From Octopus vulgaris (Eukaryota), in the NCBI GenBank assembly GCA_951406725.2, contig OX597818.1, positions 133,548,001 through 133,612,000 on the forward strand: a stretch of DNA of 64,000 nt. The letters run 5' to 3'. A program made the position numbers and the translations under genes. Below, piece after piece: positions 26,606 through 39,731 of this stretch. Below the pieces are notes generated by a model, which saw only the letters and a program-made list of their open reading frames with translations, had not been told where the DNA came from and searched no databases. Within the stretch, counting starts at the first letter, position 1. Each line of letters opens with the position of its first letter.

Positions 26606-27789
26606 GTTTAACGTCCGTTTTCCGCGCTAGCATGGGTTGGACGGGTTGTTTAATGCAATAAATTTATTTAAATTCAGTTTTTTTGTATGTATATACAGAT
26701 TTATTTAAGTTTAAATTATATGTGTGCATATGTAGTGTATATATTGTGTATGTATGTACATAAATATTTATATCCATACACATTGATATACACACATGCA
26801 CATTCATATATATTATTCTTTTACAAGAAAGAATACCATTGATAGTTACTTTGAACATTTAAACTTGCTTAACCACCACTAGACTATAACACTTTTGAAT
26901 TTTTCTTGGCAAGTAAGTATATTTTTTCTGCAGTAGTTGGATCTCTGTTGAATGGTAATTAGGCTGTAGGGTAACTTCTGATGGAGTGATATAAATAAGT
27001 TTTTATTGATTAACGTTTATTGTTTAGAATTCAGTGACACACCTAAAACTTTGTATATAGGTATGTCAATCCATGGGGTTGTTCTTTTAGGATTCGCAAA
27101 ATGTAAGTAGACTGGAAAGTTTAGCTGGTTAGCAGATGTGTAATTAGGTTTAGTTGTTAATGATGTTTTTGAACATTATTTATTGTTTGTATTGGGAAGA
27201 TGAATGTTATTATTCAGAATTCAGTCCAACATGTGAACCTTTGAAATTAGGTCTGTTTATTTAGATGTGTCATCTTTAACCTTTTAGTATTTGAACTGAC
27301 CATATCCAGCCAAAATATTCTGCTTGTTTTATGTAGATCCAGCTTCTCACATCTACCCTACAAAGTTAGTTCAAAAATAAACAATCCCATTTTTGAAAAC
27401 TCAAAGCTATGAGATACTGCATGATTAACTCATAGCAATATGAATAAAAAAAACATTACATTTAACCCTTTAGGATTAAATCATGGAGTTATTAGTATAG
27501 AAATTTGGATATCTTGTGTTTTAAGGGTTCACAAAAGAAAGTAAGTAGGCAGAAAGGTTATTTAGCCTGCAGATTTCTTTATTTGTTAAGGGCAAAGAAC
27601 CAGAACAGTTACCATAAGGCACCTTACTTTATCATCAAACAGTTCCACCAATTCACTACTTTGGATTGGTACCTTTTCTGTTGACTCTGAAAGGATGAAA
27701 GGAAAAGTTGACCATGGTAAGATTTGAACACAGAGTGCAGCCAATCAAAACAAATACCTTGACTAGTTTAGGTGTTATTTTCCAAAACC

Positions 27790-28156
27790 CCTTGCAATAT
27801 CCGCGAAGTAGAAACAGTACTGTACTGTATATTTTTTTATTATTTTTATAATTTGCATATATTTATTTTATTATAAATGTAAAACACCATGGAGGAACCA
27901 ACGTAAGCTTAAATAATAGACTGCGATAAGTGAACCACGATAGGTGAACCACGATAGGTAAACTGTGATAGGTGAACCGTGATAGGTGAACTGCGATAGG
28001 TGAACCACAATAAGTGAACCACGATAGGTGAACCATGATAGGTGAACCGTAATAGGTGAGCCACGATAGGTGAACAACAATAGGTGAACCATGATAGGTG
28101 AACCGTGATAGGTGAACTGCAATAGGTGAACCATGATATGGTGAGGGATTACTGTA
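27790..28156. mobile_element. Tigger/pogo-like MITE end carrying a 14-bp minisatellite (gataggtgaaccac, about 15 copies at 27923-28140)
   Basis: The tandem 14-mer is visible; the element ends gagggattactg|TA, i.e. a TA-cagtaatccctc TIR. Confidence 0.6.
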
Positions 28157-28455
28157 TCACAAAATGTTCTGTGCAAAGCTCTGACAAATTCCATATTTAG
28201 CCACCTAAGGAACTATAATAGACAAATGGAAATTTTCTAAGCATTTTCAGCTTCATATGCATTGAAGAATTCAGAGCACATTTTAGAATTTTTTGATATA
28301 TATATATGTCACCAAAAGAATTGTCTATATTCTTTTTGCACACATGAAAAAAAATTAAAAATTGAAGAAAACATTGGTGCTGATTTTCCTGCTATGAAAG
28401 GAAATGTATCTACAAGATCTAGTATGGCTGCTTTGAAGTATAACATTGTTTATAT

Positions 28456-28646
28456 AAAAGCTGTTCGATTCACTTCAACATTTAAGTTTAATTTGTCAAA
28501 ATATTTTCGTCGCTTTAAGACCGCGAACTGTTCACGGATTTTTGTCAGTGGCACGGATTTTTGTCAGTGAACAGGTCGCGGTCTTAAAGCGACGAAAATA
28601 TTTTGACAAATTAAACTTAAATGTTGAAGTGAATCGAACGGCTTTT
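28456..28646. repeat. Inverted repeat with 80-bp arms, probable Penelope-like inverted pseudo-LTR
   Basis: Arms 28456-28535 and 28567-28646 differ at 2 positions; cacggatttttgtcagtg is duplicated across the centre. Confidence 0.85.
28560..28610 (+). ncRNA. Minimal type I hammerhead ribozyme candidate, G3-C8 core variant
   Basis: TTTGTCA | GTGAACA | G | GTCGC-GGTCTTAAA-GCGAC | GAAA | ATAT | T T | TGACAAA: 7-bp stem I, 5-bp stem II, palindromic stem III. Confidence 0.6.
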
Positions 28647-29230
28647 GTGTGTTTCTTAAATGGCTTACAAACACCTTCCACGCTGCAATTGTTTTCGTTT
28701 CAGCACACGATCTCAGATCAAATCACTTGCTATGCAAGCGCATCTCTGTAATTGTTTATATATTTTATATATATAAACAATAGGTCCCTGCAAGAAGCCC
28801 TTGTAGGCCTTCTAAATTCAGGAAATGCATATAACATGGGAAGTTGACACTTTCTTTTGTAGGCTGAAGGGAATAGTTGAGGAGGGACAGTAAAAGGATA
28901 CAGTTCTACACATGAAGTTTTCTCAAAGTGTTTACTGTGAAGTTCTTATGGGGTGACATATAATATAGATGATCGAAAAACAAAACAAAAAAAAAAGATG
29001 CATTTAATCTAGATGTGATATTCAGTTAACACATTTAAAGAAGCAGAGATCCCTGTAATCTCAGTAGGGAAGCAATAGTGAAGACAGTCTCTGAGCCGGT
29101 CGTTGGTTATGCACTGTAAAGTGAAGGGTGAAATTTTATGCATCAAGTAAACTGCATTTTGTAAACAGTATGTTTTGGAGCCTTTTAGAGAGTTGGTAAC
29201 TATTCACAACATTTCTGCTCATCAGGTTTG

Positions 29231-29442
29231 ACGAGCTGGCAGAAACGTTAGCACGCCGGGTGAAATGCGTAGCCGTATTTCGTCTGCCGTGACGTTCTGA
29301 GTTCAAATTCTGCCGAGGTCCACTTTGCCTTTCATCCTTTCGGGGTCGATTAAATAAGTACCAGTTGCACACTGGGGTCGATATAATCGACTTAATCCGT
29401 TTGTCCCCTCTGTGTTTAGCCCCTTGTGGGTAGTAAAGAAAT
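29231..29442 (+). mobile_element. SINE family A, TSD aggtttg
   Basis: Family A sequence flanked by aggtttg at 29224-29230 and 29443-29449. Confidence 0.85.
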
Positions 29443-30659
29443 AGGTTTGGCTCATATGAATTGCATTTTGAACTAATCAGATATGTCGGGGAAGTAACGC
29501 CATTTTCTAACATGAGATTTGAAACAAAGTTTATAACTTTCATATAGCAAAGTTTCACCATCTGCACAATGCTAACATGTCTTGCAAACAACTAGTAGCA
29601 TTAGTGCCTTCTTTATTAAGCAGCTTGTTAGGCGTTTTCAGTGGCAGGTTTTTTTGTAGTTTTTCTTCTTTTTTGTTTAATGATAGAAATATCAAAATAA
29701 CAAGGAATTGTCTAGTACCAAAAAAAAAAAAAAAAAAGAAAACTGGATAGTAAAAGCAGAATTAGTTGCGAGAAGATAAAGGAGAATTTTTTTAATTGTG
29801 ACTGATTTTTACTTTCATTTCCCCCCTTATTTAGTTGTTGTTGTTATTCATATTAGAATGGATTGAGTCCTAGAATGATTAATAATATCATTATTACAGC
29901 TTTGAATTCTTTATTGTTTATCTTAAACTGAGTTTATGCACATTAATTAGCATCTGAAAGAGGCAAAATGAATACTTTGGCAATAATTTAAAAATCTATT
30001 TTCAGCTGTAGTTGTTTCTTATAAGACTCTTCATTATTTGACCTTTTGCTACCATACTCAATCATGTCCTTTGCATTAGGAAAAAAATCAATATGAATCC
30101 AAATTTAATGACATAGTTGTGACTGGATTTTTTCAATAATTAATTTCTGGCCTTTTCATTTCTTAATTTTCTGTGTTTTTATATTAAGTTGAATACAGCT
30201 TAAATTACCCCCTCCCTACACATAAAGAAACAAATTGAGAAGACTAAAAAAAAAAATTAATAAATAAATAGATTAACAACAGCAACAATTAGTCCATAAT
30301 AATGTGGCAAGTATCATTGTTTGATTCTTACAACAGTGGTCCAACATTTAGAGAAAAATAAAAAATAAAACACGAGAATATGATAAACCGTATGCAGTAG
30401 GTTGTAAACAAACACACGCAAGTACACACATATACACACCCAATTAAAAAGCATGTGAAGTAAAGATGCTGGATAACTAGCAACATAGTCATCAGTTCAA
30501 ATCTCCTTCCAATAGTTAGGTAGACTATAATTAGAAAGAACTTCCAGGAGTGAAAACAATTGGTCCAGTAAATGGAAAATACTTTTTTCGAAAGACAACA
30601 CTGATATATAAAAAAAAAAGACGAAAACAACAATGCACATACACACACACAAACACACA

Positions 30660-30696
<37 letters not shown>

Positions 30697-30908
30697 GGTG
30701 GCAGTTCTTTGTGTTCAAAGATTATGAAGAAGAGTGGCTACATCTTCGTGTTATATTCATCTTACTTTCATTGTTGCAGGGGTTTTCCATTGTCCCTGCA
30801 CTTAATGGTTTTAAAATGGGAGTCAGTCTGCACCATCTGGTCCTACTCTTCGGACTTGGAAGGTCAGAACAGAGTGGCTCAGCAGTCTAAGGCAGCTGTG
30901 GTGACCAG

Positions 30909-32600
30909 TAAGCTGTAGGTTTTACATTAGGGTGGCCTTCTCCTAGGCAAATTGACTTACAGAGTCAGAGAGCTACACTCTGAATAAGAGTGTAGTAACT
31001 TGGCATGCAGAGTGGATGGGAATCTTTTACCCACTGGTAGAAACCTTTTTAGTGGTAGTGACACAATAAAATGCTGTTAGCCTAATCCCTAAGACCTAAG
31101 CTGTAGGTTTTACATTAGGGTGGCCTTCTCCTAGGTAAATTGACTTACAGAGTCAGAGAGCTCCACTCTGAATAAGAGTGTAGTAACTTGGCATGCAGAG
31201 TGGATGGGAATCTTTTACCCACTGGTAGAAACCTTTTTAGTGGTAGTGACACAATAAAATGCTGTCAGCCTAATCCCTAAGACCTAAGCTGTAGGTTTTA
31301 CATTAGGGTGGCCTTCTCCTAGGTAAATTGACTTACAGAGTCAGAGAGCTCCACTCTGAATAAAAGTGTAGTAACTCGGCATGCAGAGTGGATGGGAATC
31401 TTTTACCCACTGGTAGAAACCTTTTTAGTGGTAGTGACACAATAAAATGCTGTCAGCCTAATCCCTAAGACCTAAGCTGTAGGTTTTACATTAGGGTGGC
31501 CTTCTCCTAGGTAAATTGACTTACAGAGTCAGAGAGCTCCACTCTGAATAAAAGTGTAGTAACTCGGCATGCAGAGTGGATGGGAATCTTTTACCCACTG
31601 GTAGAAACCTTTTTAGTGGTAGTGACACAATAAAATGCTGTCAGCCTAATCCCTAAGACCTAAGCTGTAGGTTTTACATTAGGGTGGCCTTCTCCTAGGT
31701 AAATTGACTTACAGAGTCAGAGAGCTCCACTCTGAATAAAAGTGTAGTAACTCGGCATGCAGAGTGGATGGGAATCTTTTACCCACTGGTAGAAACCTTT
31801 TAGTGGTAGTGACACAATAAAATGCTGTCAGCCTAATCCCTAAGACCTAAGCTGTAGGTTTTACATTAGGGTGGCCTTCTCCTAGGTAAATTGACTTACA
31901 GAGTCAGAGAGCTCCACTCTGAATAAAAGTGTAGTAACTCGGCATGCAGAGTGGATGGGAATCTTTTACCCACTGGTAGAAACCTTTTTAGTGGTAGTGA
32001 CACAATAAAATGCTGTCAGCCTAATCCCTAAGACCTAAGCTGTAGGTTTTACATTAGGGTGGCCTTCTCCTAGGTAAATTGACTTACAGAGTCAGAGAGC
32101 TCCACTCTGAATAAAAGTGTAGTAACTCGGCATGCAGAGTGGATGGGAATCTTTTACCCACTGGTAGAAACCTTTTAGTGGTAGTGACACAATAAAATGC
32201 TGTCAGCCTAATCCCTAAGACCTAAGCTGTAGGTTTTACATTAGGGTGGCCTTCTCCTAGGTAAATTGACTTACAGAGTCAGAGAGCTCCACTCTGAATA
32301 AAAGTGTAGTAACTCGGCATGCAGAGTGGATGGGAATCTTTTACCCACTGGTAGAAACCTTTTTAGTGGTAGTGACACAATAAAATGCTGTCAGCCTAAT
32401 CCCTAAGACCAGTAAGCTGTAGGTTTTACATTAGGGTGGCCTTCTCCTAGGTAAATTGACTTACAGAGTCAGAGAGCTCCACTCTGAATAAAAGTGTAGT
32501 AACTTGGCATGCAGAGTGGATAGGAATCTTTTACCCACTGGTAGAAACCTTTTTAGTGGTAGTGACAGAATAAAATGATGTTAGCGTAATCCCTAAGACC
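30909..32600. repeat. Tandem array of 9 near-identical 187-190-bp units
   Basis: Unit starts (taagctgtagg) at 30909, 31097, 31285, 31473, 31661, 31848, 32036, 32223 and 32413. Confidence 0.95.
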
Positions 32601-33519
32601 TACATAACTAACTAAATTTGATGGATTTTGTATGTTGCTGAGTGTGCTAGGCTATGAGATGAAGGACTACAGTCGATGGTGAGATGAAGGACCATGACAG
32701 GTGTTTGATGAAGCACTACAGTGGGTAGCATGATGAAGTAATATTATGGGTGGTGAGACGAAGAACTATTGCAAGGTGACAAGACATTGTTAAACCTATC
32801 CAATACTTACCAGTATGGAACAGACACAAGATGATGGCAGTGATGCTTTTGATTTCACACACAATCATATATATAGGTAGAGGTACTGAGTACATGAGAT
32901 GTTTTGACACATTTTACTATTAGCCAGAATTTTTCCTTTGTGGTATATGTATTTGTCATTACACTAGTTAACTAACTTAAAGTTCAAGTAAAACCTATTT
33001 CCTCTCTGTCCTTGCTTTTTCTACTTGCTAAAACACTACTACATGTTTTCAAAATTTTTGTCTTGTCTCCACTCTGTTGATTACCAACACAACTATCTTA
33101 TTCATGCCTCTAAGGTAGCAGTTCTATCTCAAAGTGTCAAAACTGCCAGAATCATAAACAAAATAGCTGACGAGGTCTAAATTTTTATTTCTTCAATCTC
33201 TGTGTTATGTGTTGCGTTTTTCATTTGTGCCCTATTTGTTATATTATGATTGTCAACACATATAGCCAAATTTTCTCATATTTTGTTTTTTAGACACACA
33301 GATATAGAGCCATATATCTCTCTATATAACACACACACACATAATATATACACACTCACAGATAGACACATATATAAATGCATACACCCGCACTCACAGA
33401 CAGACACAAACATACACACACACACACCTGCATTTGCAACACAATTTATTCAAGAGGGATCAAATTTCTACTTAATAATAATCTCAGAATAATCATTTAT
33501 AAAGATGACACACAAACAA

Positions 33520-34569
33520 GGAAACAGATAATTTGATAGATAGATGATACAGAAGACCAATGGACAAACAGACAGGCAGATAGGCAGGCCAAGAGACAGG
33601 CAGACAGACAGACAGACAGGCAGACAGACAGACCGACAGACAGACAGATAGACAGACAATGGGTAGATAGACATATTGATAGAGAGATAAACAAATAGCT
33701 AGATATCAAATATTTAGTCAGATATACAGATATACAGACAGACATACAGCCAATAGAGAGAGGGATAGATAGATAATAGATAGATAGATAGATACATACA
33801 TACATACATACATACATACATACATACATACATACATACATACATACATACATACTTACATACATATATACTTACATACATACATAATTAGATAGAAAAG
33901 CATAGTCAGACACTCAGGCAGACAGATAGGAAAAAAGTGAGAAACAGAGAGAGAGAGAGAGAGAGAGAGGGGGAAGGAAGATAGGAAGAGAAATGGACAC
34001 AGAGAGAATGAAATAGACAAAAGACAGACAAATAGAAATAGATAAAGATAGATACATACATAAAAATGCTAAATATATAATCATGCATATCACTATATTC
34101 TTCCTTATCCCCAATAAAAAAAACAGCATTTACATCCCCTAAGTATGGGAAAAGATCTCACGCACACTTACATAGACAGAGCCAAAAGCTTACACATGAA
34201 TTGACATGCATTAAAAAACACACACAAAAAGTGCAGAATTAGAAAATGAAATAAAAAGCAAAATTTAAAACTGAAAGTATAGAAAAAGAAAGAAAGAAAG
34301 AAAAAAGTGCAATTTACAGATTATATATAAAATGCTTTCATAACAAGAAGATATTTGACTTTGATGTTTACACGATGAGCATTTCTTAAGGAAAGTTGAA
34401 ACGCTATATCTATGTCTAAATATAATATACATACATATAGATGTGTATGTAAATATGTGTGTGTATGTGTGTGGATATATATATGTACGCATCCCTGTGT
34501 ATGTATATATATATATATGTATGTGTATGTATGTATATATATATATGTATGTGTATGTATGTGTGTGTG

Positions 34570-34619
<50 letters not shown>

Positions 34620-34737
34620 TGTATATATATATATATATATATACACATACATATATATGTGGAGGATGTTTGGGGAGAGAGAAAGAAAGAAATCAAAACA
34701 TGTTCATGTATATATATATATAAACTATTTATATATA

Positions 34738-34791
<54 letters not shown>

Positions 34792-34876
34792 TGTATGTAC
34801 GTATGTATTTATGTAGAGAGAAATATTTATGTATATATATTTATATATATATATATATATACATATATATATGCAT

Positions 34877-34923
<47 letters not shown>

Positions 34924-34946
34924 CGTATATATATATATACATATAT

Positions 34947-34978
<32 letters not shown>

Positions 34979-35090
34979 GCGTGTGTGTATATATGTATAT
35001 ATATGTATACATATACATATATATATATTATATATATTTATATGTATATATATTTGTATGTATGAATGTGTGTGTGTGTGTATATATATA
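33520..35090. repeat. Compound microsatellite field (GACA, GATA, TACA, GA, TA, TG)
   Basis: Directly visible. Confidence 0.9.
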
Positions 35091-35674
35091 AGTTTCTTTT
35101 TTTTATTCTTTAAATGATTTTTTTTTTCATTTTCTTTTTCACTCTTGCTTTATCAATTTATTTATTTTAAATATTGTCCTCGCCTCCCACCATTCAACAA
35201 ACTAAAGTGGAGAGATTTGTTTCAGGAAATGAAGTGGTGTTTTCTTGTCTGATGGATGAATTAAACTCCATTAAAAATTCCCTGGCTGTGATTATGCAAT
35301 CAGAAATCTTTATACAAAATAGTTCATCGACTTCCTAGCCATCTTCCCCTCAAGTGATTTCTTCTTGGCTTTTTTTTTTTCATTTTATATTTTTCCTTCA
35401 TGTTTTGCAAGTAAAATGAGAGCATATATTTTGTGCTAATTTACAAAAGAAATATAACCACTAGAATGCAATCTTTATTTGAATCTATATTTTTTATTAA
35501 TTTTCTCTTACTATAATGATTATACAATCATTTCTGGACGATTATCATTTTTCAGTTATCTTGCTTTTATTCTTTAGGTTCCATATTTTTTTTTTTCAAT
35601 TTCAAGTTTGTATGTTTTGCCTAATGTTTCTTTCATTCCATCTTTTGCATTTTCATATTATCATTCTCCCTATA

Positions 35675-35719
<45 letters not shown>

Positions 35720-36376
35720 CCCTTCTGTTACTCTATCCCTCTCACCTACTCTTTATATCTATATACCATCCGACAAAAGGCATTCCGCTTTTCAATGATT
35801 AGATAGATACTGAGAAATAAAAGAAGTATAGTTTTTGCTTCTTTATTGAAATGAGATATAATTAAATTATATATTTCCTATGAGAAGGATTGTAAATAAA
35901 AGGATGCCCCAGTTTAACAAACAATAATGGTAAAAATATAACAAAAAAGGCATGAAAAACCAACAAACAGACCAAATAGAAAAAAAAATGGTTGTCTCGA
36001 AACATGAAAATTAAGAGTAAGAAAACTTGCTGTGTAAACTTTCATATGCTTTGATATATGTTTGTAAATATATACATATATATATTTATATATATATATA
36101 TATATACACATATATATATACAGAGAGAGAAAGAGAAAGAGAGGGAGATAATTACATATAACATATATATACATAGTTATAAATTATATATATTTATTTA
36201 CATATATATAAACACTCATACACACACACAGGCACAGATATATACACATATATAAATATATAAATATACATGCATATATATATAAACATAAGCATATATA
36301 TATGAATGTATGTATATATCTATGTAAGTATGCATTTATATATGTATATGCACATAAATTTATAATATATATATAT

Positions 36377-36424
<48 letters not shown>

Positions 36425-36425
<1 letters not shown>

Positions 36426-36588
36426 ACACTCATGGAGTGGTTGGTGTTAGGAAGAACATCCAGCTGTAGAGACACTGCCAGGTCAGACTGGAGCTTGGTG
36501 CAGCTTCCTGGCTTCCCAGACCCCGATCGAACCATCCATCCCATGCTAGCATGGAGAACGGACGTTAAATGATGATGATGATGATGAT
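36425..36588 (+). mobile_element. RTE-LINE 3' tail fragment
   Basis: catccagctgtag...ccatgctagcatggagaacggacgttaaatgatgatg. Confidence 0.7.
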
Positions 36589-36604
36589 ATACATACATTT
36601 ATAT

Positions 36605-36638
<34 letters not shown>

Positions 36639-36989
36639 GGAGATTTACATACATCTATATATATATATATATATACACTTTCTGTCTCCCAAATCCACTC
36701 ACAAGGTTTTGGTTGGCTCAGGTGTTTAAAAGAAGGCACTTGCCCAAGGTTCCAGAGTGGGACTGAACCAAAAACCATATGGTTTTCTCAGATATCTTTT
36801 TAAACACAGCCATGGACTAAACTTGGGTGTATGCAACAAAGGAAATAAAAACACAATATCTCGTCCAAAAATAAAACTGTTTTAAAAAATCAAAAGATAT
36901 CAACTAGATTATGGCTGTGTGATAGCAGCTTACTCAAATAGCTAATCTCAGCTTCTGGTGCAACCTCAAGATGGCTCAGGAATCCTGGT

Positions 36990-37275
36990 GCATGCATTCC
37001 TCACGGTGTCCCAGATGTCCCAGTAAAGATATTCAAATGCCTAGGTGTTGCAGGCAGAGAAGTTGATGTCTTTCTCAACTGTGCCCCTCGGGGCAAGTGA
37101 AGTCATAGAATTCTCCAACGACCACTTCTGACTCTTTCTGGAGGTAAGGCTAGGAGTCAAATCTGGCTGTCACATAAATAGCTTTCTGGCAGCAAACCTC
37201 TCCAGCCAGGGTTTGACCAAAGTCTTCAGCAGCTTCACATAGCCACCTGAATTAAGCCTAAAGCCCTGTTTATCA
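36990..37275 (-). mobile_element. Decayed Tc1/mariner-superfamily (maT-like) transposase fragment
   Basis: Minus strand GFRLNSGGYVKLLKTLVKPWLERFAARKLFM*QPDLTPSLTSRKSQKW...GTVEKDIN.SACNT, matching the W/FQQDSAPxHTS motif. Confidence 0.7.
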
Positions 37276-37384
37276 CTTGTTGGATGAATTCTGGCATGCA
37301 GATGCATTTAAACACCTGCTCCATCTCTTCCTACTGGCCACAGCTTCATAATCCATGTCACATATTTATTGCCCATGTCACATA

Positions 37385-37610
37385 TTTATTTCTTTATTGC
37401 CCACAGGGGGGCTAACCATGGAGGGGGACAAACAAGGACAAACAAAGAGATTAAGTCGATTACATCAACTCCAGTGCATACCTGGTACTTATTTAATCAA
37501 CCCTGAAAGGATGAAAGGTAAAGTCGACCTTGGCAGAATTTAAACTCAGAACATAACAGCAGATGAAAAACTGCTAAACATTTCCCCTGGCATGCTAACA
37601 ATTCTACCAG
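37385..37610 (-). mobile_element. SINE family A (diverged)
   Basis: Reverse complement of family A; flanking ttgcccatgtca repeat. Confidence 0.75.
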
Positions 37611-38000
37611 GTAACTGCTTTTGCCCATGTCATATATTACAGCCTTTACAGAGTTCACAGAGATTTGATACCTAGTGCAAATCAACATGATACAGATAAC
37701 TCTTTTCCAATGTCAGCTAATTTTTTTCTCAAATAAAATTTTAATCTTTATGTTCTCCAATATTATTGACTGTTCACCAGTACATCAAGCTGTTTCTGGA
37801 AAAAGATGACATTAAAAAAAAAATCATCAAATTTAGCCCAAACACCTTATATATATATATATGTATATATTGGAAGGTTTGGAGATGATGTACAGGTATT
37901 ATATATTAGAAGAAATGAGGTAATCAGAAGATCGGATGGTTTGTATTTACAGATATTTATTTATATATTACATTTTTTACATATATATCATATCACTTAG

Positions 38001-38043
38001 TTCATTAGCGCTTTCTCCCATTCTAGTGGGGTTTTCAAATGAA
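38001..38043 (-). ncRNA. Identical U3-A8 hammerhead candidate on the minus strand
   Basis: Exact reverse complement of 38057-38099. Confidence 0.55.
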
Positions 38044-38056
38044 AAAGGAACTTATT

Positions 38057-38099
38057 TTCATTTGAAAACCCCACTAGAATGGGAGAAAGCGCTAATGAA
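38057..38099 (+). ncRNA. Minimal type I hammerhead ribozyme candidate, U3-A8 core variant
   Basis: TTCAT | TTGAAAA | C CCCA-CTAGAA-TGGG A | GAAA | GCGC | T A | ATGAA. Confidence 0.55.
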
Positions 38100-38190
38100 C
38101 TAAGTGATATGATATATATGTAAAAAATGTAATATATAAATAAATATCTGTAAATACAAACCATCCAATCTTCTGATTACCTCATTTCTA

Positions 38191-38244
<54 letters not shown>

Positions 38245-38440
38245 AAATTGAGATAGATTATCCAGGCAGGTATCATTCGAACACTCAGTTCTAATCCAGG
38301 ATATGGGTAACTATGTTGAGTAGTAAGGAGCACCTAGGATTAATTAAGGTAAACAATCCTAATGTATCTCATCACATGAGTAAATCTTGGGTTTACATTG
38401 CTGGATTATAAATATTTTACAAAGTGTATATCCAAGACAA

Positions 38441-38720
38441 TTACAATGAATACAGAGATTAGTAAATCTGTATATTTTTTTGTATTTCTCCAATCAGTTA
38501 TACAGCATATTTAACTTAAATGTATCCAGCACATATCTATGCTGCACAGGCACCTTCATAATTGCATTTGCATCCAGTCGAAAGTAACTGGATGTAAATG
38601 CAATTGTGTTATGTATATGCAGCAGAAACATGCATTGGACACATTGAAATCAAATATGCGATATAATTGACAGTGAAAATAGAAGATATGCAGATGTACT
38701 AATCTCTGCATTCATTGTAA
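38441..38720. mobile_element. Diverged palindromic MITE
   Basis: ttacaatgaatacagagattagta...aattgcatttgcatccagt is mirrored by actggatgtaaatgcaatt...tactaatctctgcattcattgtaa. Confidence 0.65.
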
Positions 38721-39731
38721 GTGTTATTTAATTATATATATATGCATATATAATATAGATCATCATCATCGGTTAACATCTGCTTTCCATGCTAGCATGG
38801 GTAGATATATTATATATAAGATATATAGATACATATGTATATATATATAAATATATATGCGTATATGATATAGATTTTATATACAATATATTGTATATAA
38901 AATATATACATACACATGTATATATATAAATATATATATACATATATAACATAGATCTATATAAAATATATACGTACATATGTATATATATAAATACATA
39001 TATATATACATATCTAATATACAAATATATAAAATATATGCATACATATGTATATAAATATATATATGCATATATAATATAGATATGATATATTATATAT
39101 AAAATATATATATACATATGTGTGTGTGTATGTGTGTGTGTGTGTGTGTATCAAATCTATACATAGATAGATAATAGAGAGAAATGGATGTTAAAATGAT
39201 GAATGTAATGCGATAAAAACATACATAACATATATAAATATATCAATATATACAATAGATATGAATATTATACATAAATATATAAAATATCTAATGTATA
39301 TATATATATATATGTACGTATCTATGTATTATTAAATACATATGCTATTGTATATGCTTTGTGCATTTCCTAGTGGCTGCAATAGCATAGCAGAGTATAA
39401 ACTCTCATTTCACTGGTGTTAAAACACCTTAGAGTCATGGACAGGCAAGATAATTCACCCTCAATCCCACTTGGGAACGATGGACATTGACGTTTCACCA
39501 TTTTTGAGGCTTGTCAGTATCATGCACCCACTTGGGTTGAAGGCGAATCACCTAGCCAGTCCACAATTTATATGCTCATAGCTTGTAAAATCATGTGCTG
39601 GTATGCCTGGAAATTGCATACCTAAGAGAAAATTTACATATGAAGTAAAGGCAGCTCTAGTGTAATAAATATTATCAAATCCATATACTAATGTATATAC
39701 AAAAATACACAAAACATATAAATTAGTATAT

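Larger units (their letters stand above)
37900..38200. repeat. Near-perfect inverted repeat, 146-bp arms, 9-nt spacer
   Basis: 37900-38045 versus 38055-38200, 2 mismatches seen. Confidence 0.95.

Noticed and set aside
29205-29228. Minus-strand CTGATGA-GCA-GAAA-TGTT ultra-short hammerhead core
   Set aside because: No stem II and no convincing stem I.
30909-32600. Possible CRISPR-like array
   Set aside because: Units repeat head-to-tail with no unique spacers; eukaryotic context and no cas genes.
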